DNA of 64,000 nt from Pseudomonadota bacterium. GTDB taxonomy: Bacteria; Desulfobacterota; Desulfobacteria; Desulfobacterales; RPRI01. Below, in pieces: positions 19,564 through 30,759 of the stretch (the first letter of the stretch is position 1; each line of letters begins with the position of its first letter). The stretch spans positions 1 to 64,000 of the forward strand of contig JBDRRF010000049.1 of assembly GCA_043825875.1 (NCBI GenBank), read 5' to 3'. Both the position numbers and the translations under genes were made by a program. The notes under the pieces are model-generated. The model had not been told where the DNA came from. It was given only the letters and a program-made list of their open reading frames with translations, and searched no databases.

Positions 19564-19578
19564 TTTGAGTAATTCTTG

Positions 19579-21462
19579 CTATGAGTCCATCATTTTTAAA
19601 GCTGAATTTATTATCGCATCAGAATTAATCTTATATTTTGCTCTAAGCATATCCTGAGGCCCATGATCAATAAAGATATCCGGTATCCCAAGGCGTTTGA
19701 TTTTAAAATTGTAAAGACCAATGTCATTTAAAGATTCAAGCACGGCACTTCCGAATCCTCCCTGAATGACATGTTCTTCAACAGTTATTACGTTGGGAAT
19801 TTCTCTTATAAGTGAACTGATTAATTCGATATCAAGTGGTTTGACAAAACGGCAGTTTACTACTGTTGCGTTAATTCCATGTTCAGATATTAATTTATCA
19901 TATGCAATTAAGGATTCGCATACTGACTGGCCAATTGCCAGAATAAGAATGTCTTTTCCTTGTTTTAGTATTTCTCCTTTGCCAATCGGAAGTGGTTTAA
20001 TGTCTTGTTCCAGCAAAACACCAACACCTGTTCCTCTCGGATATCTGAATGCTATGGGACCGTCATGGGATAGAGCAGTTTTAAGCATACGGCGCAGCTC
20101 ATTTTCATCTTTTGGCGCCATAACTACCATATTGGGAAGGCTCCTCAAATACGAAATATCAAACAATCCATTGTGAGTAGCTCCGTCTTCACCAACTATG
20201 CCTGCCCGATCTATGGCAAATACAACGGGAAGAGCTTCTATGCATACATCATGTAAAATCTGGTCATAAGCTCTTTGCAGAAAAGTTGAATATATTGCAA
20301 CGACCGGCCTGAAACCCTCAGTAGCTAACCCTGCTGAAAATGTTACTCCGTGCTGTTCGGCAATTCCAACATCGAAAAACCGTTCGGGAAATAATTCGCG
20401 AAATTCGGAAAGACCTGTACCTTCAGGCATTGCAGCGGTAACCGCAATTATTTTGTCATTTTTACCGGCAAGCTCTACCATTGTTTTGCCGAATACTTCC
20501 GTATAGGTTGGAATGCCGTTTTTCGTACCATTGCTATCGCCGGTTTTAACCTTAAAACTTCCGATTCCGTGAAAATATATAGGGTTTTTTTCGGCAGGAA
20601 GGTATCCTTTGCCTTTGATTGTTGTGACATGGAGAAGTGCCGGTTCTCTAAGATGTTTAATATTATCAAGAATATCTATAAGATGATTTATATTATGCCC
20701 ATCGATCGGACCGAAATAATCAAAATTAAAGGCCTCAAACAGCATGCCGGGTGTTGCAAATGTTTTAAAGGATTCTTCCGAACGTTTTGCAAACTTATAT
20801 AAATCATCACCAACTTTTGGAAGAGATTTTAAAAATTCCCCGAATTCTTTTCTTAGATCCTGTAAATATTTTTTGGAAAATGTTCTGCTTAAAAAAGAGG
20901 ATAGGGCACCTACATTTTTTGCGATGGACATGTCATTGTCGTTTAGAATAACAATAATGTCTTTATTTTTATGAAGATACCCGGTTTGATTCAAGCCTTC
21001 ATATGCAAGGCCTGCTGTCATAGAACCATCCCCGATTACAGCTATAACTTTATCACTCTCTTTCTTTAAACATTTTGCGCAGGCAATTCCAAGACCTGCT
21101 GAAATTGAAGTACTGCTATGGCCTGTTGAAAATGAATCATACGGGCTTTCGCACATCCGTGTAAAGCCGCAAATACCTTCATGCTTACGCAGAGTATGAA
21201 ATGATTCCCGTCGCCCGGTAATAATCTTATGTGCATAAGACTGATGTCCTACATCCCAGATGACTTTGTCGTTAGGAACATCGAAAACATAATGGATGGC
21301 AATTGCCAGTTCAACAGCGCCTAAACTTGAAGCAAGGTGACCGCCATTTTTAGAAACAATATCAACTATTAAGCTTCGTATTTCCGAAGCAAGCTCCGGA
21401 AGATCAGATCGAGGGACTTTTTTCAAATCATCAGGCGAATTAATTGTGTTTAGTATGCTCAA
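19579..21462 (-). CDS. dxs: 1-deoxy-D-xylulose-5-phosphate synthase
   Basis: GGHLASSLG, WDVGHQ.YAHK, GDG, DVGIAEQH, DRAGIVGEDGATH. Confidence 0.97.
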   Translation of the reverse strand: MSILNTINSPDDLKKVPRSDLPELASEIRSLIVDIVSKNGGHLASSLGAVELAIAIHYVFDVPNDKVIWDVGHQSYAHKIITGRRESFHTLRKHEGICGFTRMCESPYDSFSTGHSSTSISAGLGIACAKCLKKESDKVIAVIGDGSMTAGLAYEGLNQTGYLHKNKDIIVILNDNDMSIAKNVGALSSFLSRTFSKKYLQDLRKEFGEFLKSLPKVGDDLYKFAKRSEESFKTFATPGMLFEAFNFDYFGPIDGHNINHLIDILDNIKHLREPALLHVTTIKGKGYLPAEKNPIYFHGIGSFKVKTGDSNGTKNGIPTYTEVFGKTMVELAGKNDKIIAVTAAMPEGTGLSEFRELFPERFFDVGIAEQHGVTFSAGLATEGFRPVVAIYSTFLQRAYDQILHDVCIEALPVVFAIDRAGIVGEDGATHNGLFDISYLRSLPNMVVMAPKDENELRRMLKTALSHDGPIAFRYPRGTGVGVLLEQDIKPLPIGKGEILKQGKDILILAIGQSVCESLIAYDKLISEHGINATVVNCRFVKPLDIELISSLIREIPNVITVEEHVIQGGFGSAVLESLNDIGLYNFKIKRLGIPDIFIDHGPQDMLRAKYKINSDAIINSALKMMDS

Positions 21463-21480
21463 CTAAGATTGTCCTTAAAT

Positions 21481-22383
21481 TTATCGTTTTCTTTCAATAA
21501 TATATAATGCAATAGCTCTAAGAGGGTCAGATTTATTATCAAATAATGCAAGCGCATGCAAGGCTTCTTTTATCAGTTTTTTTGCATAATTTTCCGATTC
21601 GGTAATTCCCAGAAGGGAAGGGTAGGTGCTTTTTTTTCGGGCTTTATCGGTTCCTACGGGTTTGCCGGTAATATTTGGATCACCATGTATATTAAGAAGA
21701 TCATCCGCTATTTGAAAGGCTAATCCAATTTTTCCCGAATAAACTTTTAACTGTTTGATTTGATCAAAACTTGCATTTGCTAATATTGCGCCTGCTTCAA
21801 CAGATGCTGTAATAAGTGCCCCGGTTTTTAAAGAATGTAATTCTTCCAGCTCCTGCAATGAGATCTGGCTGTTTTCCGAAGCTATATCTCTCATCTGTCC
21901 TTCAATCATTCCCATATAGCCTGCCGCAGTTGAAATGGAATGTATTGTTTTTAACCATATAGCGGCATCCGAATTATTTTGCAATTTAACTGATGATAGC
22001 ACCTGAAATGCCAGTGTAAGCAAAGCATCACCTGCAAGGATAGCTGTAGCTTCATTAAAAGCAGCGTGGCATGTTGGTTTTCCTCTTCTTAATAAATCGT
22101 TATCAATAGCAGGAAGGTCATCATGGATTAAAGAATATGCGTGAATCATTTCAATAGCGCAGGCTGCGGGTAAAACATCTGATTGCTTACCTCCCACAGA
22201 TTCGGCAGCAGCAATGCAAAGGATTGGTCTGATTTTTTTGCCTTCAGACATTAAAGAATATTCCATAGCCTTTAATAACTGGCCGGATACACTATAATCA
22301 TTAATAATTTTAGTTAATTCATTTTTTATTATGATCGTTTTGTCTGCAAAGTATGATTTGAGATCAAAATCATTATTTATCAT
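21481..22383 (-). CDS. ispA: Farnesyl diphosphate synthase
   Basis: SLIHDDLP.ID...RRGKPT, FQIADD; lies between xseB and dxs. Confidence 0.93.
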   Translation of the reverse strand: MINNDFDLKSYFADKTIIIKNELTKIINDYSVSGQLLKAMEYSLMSEGKKIRPILCIAAAESVGGKQSDVLPAACAIEMIHAYSLIHDDLPAIDNDLLRRGKPTCHAAFNEATAILAGDALLTLAFQVLSSVKLQNNSDAAIWLKTIHSISTAAGYMGMIEGQMRDIASENSQISLQELEELHSLKTGALITASVEAGAILANASFDQIKQLKVYSGKIGLAFQIADDLLNIHGDPNITGKPVGTDKARKKSTYPSLLGITESENYAKKLIKEALHALALFDNKSDPLRAIALYIIERKR

Positions 22384-22622
22384 TCTGATACCTTTTCAGG
22401 TACAGGTGAAAATTCCTTTTCGGTAATGTTTCCATCCTGATCTTTTAAAAGTAGGGTAATCTTTTTTTCGGTTTCATCAAGCTTGGCAGAACAATATTTA
22501 GAAAGTTTGATTCCTTCTTCAAATTTTTTTATTGAGTCTTCCAGAGAAAGGTTTCCTGATTCAAGTTCGTTTACTATATTTTCGAGTTGATTCATTGCTG
22601 TTTCAAATGTCATCTTTGCCAT
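22380..22622 (-). CDS. xseB: Exodeoxyribonuclease VII small subunit
   Basis: FETAM..LE.IV..LE.G.LSLE...FEEG; start MAKM. Confidence 0.93.
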   Translation of the reverse strand: MAKMTFETAMNQLENIVNELESGNLSLEDSIKKFEEGIKLSKYCSAKLDETEKKITLLLKDQDGNITEKEFSPVPEKVSE

Positions 22623-23946
22623 TAATTTTCCTTTCAACACTGCATATTAATGAACCTTTATTAATTATTACTTCAAGGCGTTGCGCTATTTTTACATTAT
22701 CCGAATCCAGTATAATATGCTTTTCCGGAATTGTTCTGGTGATACTGTATCCGCGCTTAAGAATAGCTTTGGGGTCCAAAACACTTAATTTTGCTGAAAG
22801 CTCATTTATCTTATACTTACTATAATTGATTCTATTAATCATTGATTTATGTATGTTATTTAAACTATTTTTAATATTATCTTTATATATTAATACATAT
22901 CGTGTTGGATTATTATTTTTTAATTTATCAATCTTCCATAAAGTGCGTTCTTTATGTTGATGTATAAAATTAACCTGGGCTCTTATCAAGCGTTTGGTAA
23001 GGTCTTCATTTTTTAATATTAAATCATATAGTTTGTTTTTGGGATCCTTGATCTGTTTTGTTATACTGTACAGATTATGTCTGCTTTCATTTAAAAACCT
23101 TCCCATTTTGGATTTCAAAGATATATATAATCTTTCATTTTTAAGTAAAAGTTCATTTTTCAGAGGAACAGCAATTTCAGCAGCAGCTGAAGGTGTGGGG
23201 GCTCTTAAATCTGATACAAAATCCGATATTGTATAATCCGTTTCATGTCCTATGGCAGATATAATGGGAATATTTGATTCAAAAATAGCTCTTGCCACTG
23301 ATTCTGAGTTAAAGGCATGGAATTCTTCCAAAGATCCTCCTCCGCGAGCAATTATTGCAACATCGGAAGTACCATAATCATTTAATAATTTTATTGCAGA
23401 AACAATTTCAGCTTCTGAGGATGCACCTTGAACGGAAACAGGAATTATTTTTATATTTACACTTGAATATCTTCGATTAATTATATTAATAATATCAAAT
23501 AATACTGATCCGGAAGGTGAAGTTATGATACAGATATTTTCAGGAAGAAAAGGCAGCTTTTTTTTATATTTATCATCAAAAAGGCCTTCAGAAGACAGTT
23601 TTGTTTTAAGTTGTTCAAATGCTATTTGTAAAGATCCTATGCCTTTTGGCTCTAAGTATTCAAAAATAATCTGATAAGAGCCTTTTGCCTCATAAAGACC
23701 TAATCTTCCAAATCCTATTACTGACATGCCATTTTCAGGTGTGAATTTTAAATTCTTTTTCTGGCCTTTAAATATTATCGCATTAATCTTAGCTGATTCA
23801 TCTTTTAAAGTTAAATATAAATGCCCGGAAAATGGAGTGCTTAAATTTGAAATCTCCCCATATACCCAAACAAGCGGATATTTTTCTTCAATCAATTTTT
23901 TTAATTGTGATGTTAATTGTGTTACAGAAAATATTTTTGTTTCCAT
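22603..23946 (-). CDS. xseA: Exodeoxyribonuclease VII large subunit
   Basis: GEISN, SGHLYLTLKD, ARGGGSLE, SAIGHETD, APTPSAAAE, RGYSI. Confidence 0.95.
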   Translation of the reverse strand: METKIFSVTQLTSQLKKLIEEKYPLVWVYGEISNLSTPFSGHLYLTLKDESAKINAIIFKGQKKNLKFTPENGMSVIGFGRLGLYEAKGSYQIIFEYLEPKGIGSLQIAFEQLKTKLSSEGLFDDKYKKKLPFLPENICIITSPSGSVLFDIINIINRRYSSVNIKIIPVSVQGASSEAEIVSAIKLLNDYGTSDVAIIARGGGSLEEFHAFNSESVARAIFESNIPIISAIGHETDYTISDFVSDLRAPTPSAAAEIAVPLKNELLLKNERLYISLKSKMGRFLNESRHNLYSITKQIKDPKNKLYDLILKNEDLTKRLIRAQVNFIHQHKERTLWKIDKLKNNNPTRYVLIYKDNIKNSLNNIHKSMINRINYSKYKINELSAKLSVLDPKAILKRGYSITRTIPEKHIILDSDNVKIAQRLEVIINKGSLICSVERKINGKDDI

Positions 23947-24110
23947 ATATTATATGATATCAAAAAGTAATGGATTAATATGGTTTTATCCTGGAAAACC
24001 GCTTCTATTCATAACGTCTGATAATGTATATTATGTAAACTAAAATATATTATCAGAAATTGCCAACTTGCCAAACAAATAACAACACTCCCCTAACAAC
24101 ATATAGAAAA

Positions 24111-24395
24111 CTAAAAAATATCCATTTTGGATTTATTGAGATAATCACGAACTGCCGGAATAATATAAATATCATCATACTCGTTCTTGTTAATAAATTC
24201 AGCGAGTATTTCAATTTTTTTATTTTTCGCAAGGTTTTTATCTAAAATAAAAAAATCTTTCCCTTTTATTTTACATACTCCACTTTTAATATTTATTCCT
24301 GATTTGCGCAAGTTCTGTTCTTTAACTGTAACATTGAGTTTTTCTATTATATTTAATAGTTCTTGAAATAATCGATCCGATTTCATATTATACAT
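24111..24395 (-). CDS. Hypothetical protein
   Basis: 94-aa ORF co-oriented with xseA; GVC.IKG and YIIPAVR look like a conserved small protein. Confidence 0.6.
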   Translation of the reverse strand: MYNMKSDRLFQELLNIIEKLNVTVKEQNLRKSGINIKSGVCKIKGKDFFILDKNLAKNKKIEILAEFINKNEYDDIYIIPAVRDYLNKSKMDIF

Positions 24396-24540
24396 TTCCA
24401 GATTTGCTTGAAATATAAAGGTATATGATTTATATTATCCCAACAAATAAAATTATTTTATTATTATATCCAATTCATATAATTTTTATATACACTATAT
24501 TTAAATATTTATGAAACAGTAAAATTAAAAGGAGGAAAAT

Positions 24541-25245
24541 ATGCAACAATCATATCCGCTAAAGAACACTCAAACTCAAATTCTTGTAAATGAATTCATA
24601 CGCAGTGTTTATAATTGGATGGGAATTGGTCTCGCTATTACTGGTGTTATTGCTTTTTATGTTTCAAATGATCCGGGAATCCAAAGCTTGATATTTGGTA
24701 ACAAGCTTGTGTTTTATGGATTAATAATAGCCGAATTAGTAATGGTATTTACAATAAGTGCCAGAATAAACAAATTAAAAGCATCTACAGCAACATCAAT
24801 GTTTATTATTTATGCGGCATTAAACGGAGCAACATTATCTGTAATATTTCTTATATATACAACATCCTCTATTACCTCAACATTTTTTATATGCGCTGCT
24901 ACATTTATTGCGAGCAGTATTTATGGAATGATAACAAAACGTGATTTAACATCAATGGGCGGATTCATGATTATGGGATTGATAGGCATTATAATAGCTA
25001 CTGTTGTCAATTTATTCATAAGAAGCTCTGCCATGAATATGATTATAAGCTATATAGGAGTAATAGTATTTGTTGGATTAACTGCATATGATACGCAGAA
25101 ATTAAAAAATATGGCAATGACACAGCCTTCAGGACTCGATGCAGGTGTTGTTAGAAAAGGAGCCATATTGGGTGCGCTTTCACTATATTTGGATTTTATA
25201 AATCTTTTTCTTATGTTGTTAAGAATATTAGGAGACAGAAGGTAA
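24541..25245 (+). CDS. Bax inhibitor-1/YccA family membrane protein
   Basis: VYNWM, TKRDL, GLTAYDTQKLK, ALSLYLDFINLF; AGGAGG RBS. Confidence 0.92.
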   Translation: MQQSYPLKNTQTQILVNEFIRSVYNWMGIGLAITGVIAFYVSNDPGIQSLIFGNKLVFYGLIIAELVMVFTISARINKLKASTATSMFIIYAALNGATLSVIFLIYTTSSITSTFFICAATFIASSIYGMITKRDLTSMGGFMIMGLIGIIIATVVNLFIRSSAMNMIISYIGVIVFVGLTAYDTQKLKNMAMTQPSGLDAGVVRKGAILGALSLYLDFINLFLMLLRILGDRR

Positions 25246-25260
25246 AACATGCTTTTAATT

Positions 25261-25297
25261 TACCAGCCGGCAGATTTACAGATATTGCCGGCTGGTA
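25261..25297. terminator. Hairpin terminator between convergent genes
   Basis: TACCAGCCGGCA / TGCCGGCTGGTA 12-bp inverted repeat. Confidence 0.75.
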
Positions 25298-25303
25298 GAA
25301 CTT

Positions 25304-26653
25304 TTATCCTATGGTTTCTTTTATTTTATCTGCTAAAAATATGCAAAGTTTATCGGTTTCTTCTTGAGATGGCCCCTCAACCATTACCCTGCAAATTGCT
25401 TGTGTACCCGAATACCTGATAAGCACCCTCCCCTTTTCCCCAAGAATTTCTTCAACATTTTTGATAGAACTTTGAATTTCCGGAATTATATTTATATCCG
25501 GTTTCTTTGATACATTGACATTTAATAATACTTGAGGAAAAACTTTCATAATTTTTCCCAGCTCCGAAAGAGATTTTGATTCATCTTTCATCAATTCAAG
25601 TAATTTTAGTGCAGTCAGTGTTCCGTCTCCGGTAGTTTGATGATTTAAAAATATAATATGACCGGAATCTTCTCCACCAAGAATTGAACCGGTTTTTATC
25701 ATTTCCTGCATTACATATCTATCTCCAACCTGAGACATAGTATGATTAATATCTTTTTCTTTAAATAAAGTCGCAAGGCCTAAATTGCTCATAACGGTAC
25801 TTACAACATGATTATTTGATAACATATTATGTTTCTTCAAGAATAAGGCAATGATTGCAAGTATTTTATCTCCTGATAATATATTGCCTTTTTCATCAAC
25901 GGCTGTCAGGCGGTCACCATCACCATCAAATGCAATCCCTATATCGGCTTTAACCTCTATGACCTTTTTTATAAGTGAATCAACATGTTCAGAACCACAA
26001 TTATCGTTAATGTTTTTCCCATCCGGATTAACATTTAAAACTATAACATCAGCGCCAAAGTCAGAAAAAAGTGCTGGTGCGATTTTATATGTTGCTCCAT
26101 TTGAACAATCTATTACAATTTTAATACCTTTTAGAGAAAAATCAGAAGGCATGGTATTTTTCAGAAACTCTATATAATTTTTTTGAGCGTCTTTAAGTAA
26201 GCTTACCAAACCTGCATTTTTAACCGTAATGTTTTTGGATAATGAATCATTGCCTGTTATTAAATTTTCAATTTCTGTTTCTGTTTCATCAGAAAGCTTA
26301 TAGCCGGACCCATCAAATATTTTAATTCCATTATCATAATATGGGTTGTGAGAAGCCGAAACAACTATCCCGGCATTTGCCTTTAAAGAAGATGCCAGAA
26401 AAGCAACCGCAGGGGTTGGAACTATACCTGCAAGCAATACATCAACATCCATTGAGCAAATACCTGATGCCAAAGCATATTCAATCATATTTCCTGATAT
26501 ACGGGTATCTCTTCCTATTATAATAAAAGAACGCCTGTCTGTGTTTTTAAACTTTAAAGCAACTGCTTTTCCGATAATAACAGCCATTTCAGGAGTCATT
26601 GGATATTTGTTTACAACACCTCTTATGCCATCAGTACCAAACAGTTTTTGCAT
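25304..26653 (-). CDS. glmM: Phosphoglucosamine mutase
   Basis: LFGTDGIRG, SASHNP, DGDGDR, VGDRYV, GGEDSGH, RYSGT. Confidence 0.95.
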   Translation of the reverse strand: MQKLFGTDGIRGVVNKYPMTPEMAVIIGKAVALKFKNTDRRSFIIIGRDTRISGNMIEYALASGICSMDVDVLLAGIVPTPAVAFLASSLKANAGIVVSASHNPYYDNGIKIFDGSGYKLSDETETEIENLITGNDSLSKNITVKNAGLVSLLKDAQKNYIEFLKNTMPSDFSLKGIKIVIDCSNGATYKIAPALFSDFGADVIVLNVNPDGKNINDNCGSEHVDSLIKKVIEVKADIGIAFDGDGDRLTAVDEKGNILSGDKILAIIALFLKKHNMLSNNHVVSTVMSNLGLATLFKEKDINHTMSQVGDRYVMQEMIKTGSILGGEDSGHIIFLNHQTTGDGTLTALKLLELMKDESKSLSELGKIMKVFPQVLLNVNVSKKPDINIIPEIQSSIKNVEEILGEKGRVLIRYSGTQAICRVMVEGPSQEETDKLCIFLADKIKETIG

Positions 26654-26844
26654 ATTTTTAATATCCCTTTTTAATTTTTGTTAAGATCTGCTATTATCTC
26701 ACAAATTGCTTCCGATTGTTAGAGAATTTATATCCCTTTTTTGGTTTTTCATATGCCCATAAAGTACAGCATTGTTATTGCTTAATATATTAATATCGTA
26801 TATATTGTTATTATTCATAAATAATAATTTATAATGGGACTGCT

Positions 26845-27858
26845 TTGGAAATAAAAATATTATATTCGGTAATCATTTTGCTTCTTCTAATATTTTCAGG
26901 GTTATTTTCCGGCTCTGAAACAGCACTTTTTTCTTTGTCTTCGATCCAACGCGAACGGCTCAAAAGAAATAACAACAAAAAATCATTAATTATAAATAAG
27001 TTACTATCAAGGCCAAGAGCTCTTATTGTTACAATTTTAATTGGTAATGATATGGTCAACATAGCAGCTTCTGTAATTGCTACCTCACTATTTGTATCCA
27101 TTTCCTTAGAATACGGTGAGTGGATTGCAATGGCTGTAATGGCACCGTTAACACTTATCTTTTCAGAAGTAATACCCAAAACTCTTGCAATTACCTATAA
27201 TGAAAAATTCGCACCTTTTATCAGTGTACCGCTTAATGTTTTTTCAAAAATAATCTTTCCTATAAAATATATACTATACAATGTCGCTATTATGATAGCA
27301 AAAATAATAGGTTTTAAAAAACAGCATGTTTCGACAGCCATTATGGAAGATGAATTCAGAGCTTTAGTTGATCAAAGCCATGAAAGTGGTGAAATTAATA
27401 AAGCGGAACGTGATCTTATTCATAATGTTTTTGAGTTTAGCGATACTCATGCCTTTGAAGTTATGACACCTCTTAATGAAATTTATTCTTTGTCTCAGGA
27501 CATTACAATTGAAAAAGCTATAATAACAATCCAAAAATACAAGTATTTAAGAATACCGGTATACAAAAATCGCCCTGAAAATATTGTTGGGATTCTTTAT
27601 ATAAAAGATCTTTTGAAAATTAACTCATTAAAATTAAACGGAAATATAAAGATTAATCAAAAAATATATAGAAAACCTTTTTTTGTTTCTGAAAACATAA
27701 AAATTGATGAGCTGTTTCATATATTAAAGAAAAAACGGATACACATTGCAATATGCATAAATAAACAAAATAAAGTCACCGGCCTTGTAACAATGGAAGA
27801 TCTTCTTGAGGAATTATTTGGAGAAATTTATGACGAATATGACGGGGAGTTAAATTGA
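26845..27858 (+). CDS. CNNM/hemolysin-family (DUF21 + CBS pair) membrane protein, no CorC domain
   Basis: FSGSETALFS, TILIGN, EVIPK, RIPVY, TMEDLLEELFGEIYDE. Confidence 0.88.
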   Translation: MEIKILYSVIILLLLIFSGLFSGSETALFSLSSIQRERLKRNNNKKSLIINKLLSRPRALIVTILIGNDMVNIAASVIATSLFVSISLEYGEWIAMAVMAPLTLIFSEVIPKTLAITYNEKFAPFISVPLNVFSKIIFPIKYILYNVAIMIAKIIGFKKQHVSTAIMEDEFRALVDQSHESGEINKAERDLIHNVFEFSDTHAFEVMTPLNEIYSLSQDITIEKAIITIQKYKYLRIPVYKNRPENIVGILYIKDLLKINSLKLNGNIKINQKIYRKPFFVSENIKIDELFHILKKKRIHIAICINKQNKVTGLVTMEDLLEELFGEIYDEYDGELN

Positions 27859-29123
27859 GCGTTATAGTTATTAATATTTGTATTTTAAGCCTGTGTATTC
27901 TGATTCAGGGATTTTTTTCCGGATCTGAAATGGTCATTTTATCTTCAAATAAAACAAAGATCAGGCAGTTGGCAAGAAGGGGTAATAAAGGCGCTGCCCG
28001 TTTTCTTAAATTAATCGAAAGACCTGATTGGTCTCTTGCAACAACAAGTACCGGCACAAATTTATTTGTTATCATCTCATCTGTTTTCACTGCTGTTTGG
28101 TTTGATAATATATTTCAGAAAAACAGCGAATTATGGTCCATTATTATTATAACTCCATTTTTATTAATTTTGGGTGAAATTCTGCCCAGAACAATTTTTC
28201 AGCAAAAAGCTGATGAATTGGCTTTAAAGATTGCACTTCCTTTTAAATATATTTCCCACATTATCTTACCTGTTACTTACGTTGTCTTTTATGCCAGCAA
28301 GCTTTTTTATAGCTTAATTAAACAAGATGCCGCCGGACAAAATCTTTATATTTCGAAAAAAGAACTGGAGCTTGCTCTTTCTGTCGAGGGAGAAGAAAGC
28401 GATTTGGAAACTGGAGAAAAAAAACTTATACGAAGAGTCTTCCACTTTTTTGAATCAAATGTATCTGATGTTATGGTTCCTCTTGTAAATATTACTGCAT
28501 TATCATCCAAGGCTAGTGTAGAAAAAGCAATAGATGCAATTAATAAAACCGGTTATTCAAGGCTTCCTGTTTATAAAAGCAGAATCGATAATCTGATAGG
28601 CATCATTCATCCTATTGATTTAATTCATGTTAACGATTACAATACTGTTATAGGCCCATTTGTTCGTGAAGTTCCTTATGTTCCTGAATCAATGAAAGCT
28701 CATGACCTTTTAACATTATTGCAGAAAACAAGAAACTCAATTGCTATAGTGCTTGATGAATATGGTGGAACTGTAGGTATAATTACTATAGAGGATGTAC
28801 TCGAAGAAGTTGTGGGTGAAATTAAGGATGAATATGATGATGATACAAAGCAATATATTAAAATTGGGTTAAATAAGTTTATTGTAAATGCCAGAATGGA
28901 AATTGAACATGTAAATGAATTTATGAATTTAAATATTCCCAAAGAAGATTATGAAACTATAGGAGGTTTTTTGCTCAAACTTATGGGGCAAATTCCAAAA
29001 CATGGGGAAGCTATAATTCATGATAATATAAAATTTACTATCCGATCCTCAAGCAAAAAATCCATTCATTCTATTATTGTTGAAATAATTGATAAAATCA
29101 ATAATAGTCCGGAAAACTCATAG
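27855..29123 (+). CDS. CNNM/hemolysin-family (DUF21 + CBS pair + CorC/HlyC) membrane protein
   Basis: [45 protein letters not shown]. Confidence 0.9.
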   Translation: MSVIVINICILSLCILIQGFFSGSEMVILSSNKTKIRQLARRGNKGAARFLKLIERPDWSLATTSTGTNLFVIISSVFTAVWFDNIFQKNSELWSIIIITPFLLILGEILPRTIFQQKADELALKIALPFKYISHIILPVTYVVFYASKLFYSLIKQDAAGQNLYISKKELELALSVEGEESDLETGEKKLIRRVFHFFESNVSDVMVPLVNITALSSKASVEKAIDAINKTGYSRLPVYKSRIDNLIGIIHPIDLIHVNDYNTVIGPFVREVPYVPESMKAHDLLTLLQKTRNSIAIVLDEYGGTVGIITIEDVLEEVVGEIKDEYDDDTKQYIKIGLNKFIVNARMEIEHVNEFMNLNIPKEDYETIGGFLLKLMGQIPKHGEAIIHDNIKFTIRSSSKKSIHSIIVEIIDKINNSPENS

Positions 29124-29146
29124 TAGGCATAAAATAACCATTATAA

Positions 29147-29716
29147 TCAGTTTTTATTTTTTACCCTTTCAACATATTGACCTGTACGGGTATCAATTCG
29201 TATATATTCCCCTTCATCAATAAAGGGAGGAACCTGAAGAACATATCCTGTTTCGAGTGTTGCGGGCTTGGTGCTTCCGGCTGCCGTATCACCTTTTGCC
29301 CATGGGTCTGCTTTAATTATTTTAAGATTTAAAAAATTTGGAAGAGAAAGTTCGATTGCTTTTTCTCCAAAAAACAATACATTACATACTGTATTTTCTT
29401 TTAAGAGATTTATGGCATCGCCAATTTGTTCAGAACTAAGAAATTCCTGGGAATAAGTTGAAGTGTTCATGAAACAAAAACTACTGCCGTCAGAATATAA
29501 ATATTCCATTTCATGTTCTTCAAGCTGTGCTTCATGAAATTTTTCTCCGGATCTGTATGTGCGGTCAAATTGCGAACCATTAATCATATTTTTCAATTTG
29601 CATTTGTAAAGAGCCTGCCCTTTTCCGGGCTTTACAAATTCAAATTGCACAATAACATACGGATCGCCATCTATTTCAATCTTAAGACCTTTTTTCAGAT
29701 CACTGCTATCATACAT
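29147..29716 (-). CDS. efp: Elongation factor P
   Basis: KPGKG loop, KPATLETG, VPPFI, IDTRTGQYVER. Confidence 0.96.
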   Translation of the reverse strand: MYDSSDLKKGLKIEIDGDPYVIVQFEFVKPGKGQALYKCKLKNMINGSQFDRTYRSGEKFHEAQLEEHEMEYLYSDGSSFCFMNTSTYSQEFLSSEQIGDAINLLKENTVCNVLFFGEKAIELSLPNFLNLKIIKADPWAKGDTAAGSTKPATLETGYVLQVPPFIDEGEYIRIDTRTGQYVERVKNKN

Positions 29717-29802
29717 CTTATTTGCTTATCCTCCATTTTTTTGTTTATTTACAGTAAAGTTTAAATAACCGGCCTGTTATACAATGAAGCGATTAATAAA
29801 AT

Positions 29803-30576
29803 TTAACCAGGGTCATTTTTTAAATGTTTTTCAGCTTTTTTTGCCTCTTTTACAAAATGTTTTACTTTTGTTAGATCTTTTTTAAATCTAACAGGTTTAC
29901 CGTAAATATCACAAGCATTTGTTTGTGTGCAACTGTCAACACCAGCAGGTTTTACATTAATTATTCCATCAAAGACATTATCAGGTGAAAGTCCACCTGC
30001 CAGTATCACAGGAATAGTAACCGAATCAACAAGAATTCTTGCTTCTTCCCAATTACAAGTCAGGCCGGTAATTCCTACAAATCCGTTTACTGGCTGTGCA
30101 TCAGAAGCTGAATTTGAATCATTTATTATAATTGTATCAGTTAAAAAAAAATCGCTGACATGTTCAAATTTTTTTGCAAAAAAAACAGGAGAAATGAATT
30201 TGACAACTCCGGGTGGAGAAATGGGGATTGAGCGCATTATTTTAATTTCAGGAAATTTTATTTTTATAGTTTCCTGTAAGTTTATAAGCATATTTAAAAA
30301 ACTATCGTCCTTTAAATATTTTGTTAAGTCTTCGCAAAAATGTATGATATCGGGTTTGTAATAATCTAAAGCCTGCGAGATAGAATATAAGTCTGAAAAA
30401 AGTGGAATCAAAGAACTCATAGAAGTCGATTTTTTAACAATATCAATTGTATCTTTTATCAATGGTTGTTTTAATGATTTTTCAGAAGTTATTACACTGC
30501 CAATATTATCAACACCTGCTTCAATTAGTGCTTCGGCTTCATAAGGTGTCTGAATTTCATATATCTGAATGATCAT
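29803..30576 (-). CDS. TrpF-like (phosphoribosylanthranilate isomerase-like) TIM-barrel protein
   Basis: G.TGLTCNW, PVILAGGLSPDNV, PAGVDS; N-terminus divergent. Confidence 0.7.
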   Translation of the reverse strand: MIIQIYEIQTPYEAEALIEAGVDNIGSVITSEKSLKQPLIKDTIDIVKKSTSMSSLIPLFSDLYSISQALDYYKPDIIHFCEDLTKYLKDDSFLNMLINLQETIKIKFPEIKIMRSIPISPPGVVKFISPVFFAKKFEHVSDFFLTDTIIINDSNSASDAQPVNGFVGITGLTCNWEEARILVDSVTIPVILAGGLSPDNVFDGIINVKPAGVDSCTQTNACDIYGKPVRFKKDLTKVKHFVKEAKKAEKHLKNDPG

Positions 30577-30759
30577 TTATGGATTCTTTCGTAAGAATTT
30601 TTAACCATTTTATATCCCAGCTGGTATTTTGTTTTCAAAATAGAGTTGACAATTTTACCGTCTCTAACATATTCTCTTTTTCTAAGCAAATTGTTATTAA
30701 AAACAAGGTGATTAAGCAATTAACAGACAAACCGGATTCTACATAAAAGGCATAACACT

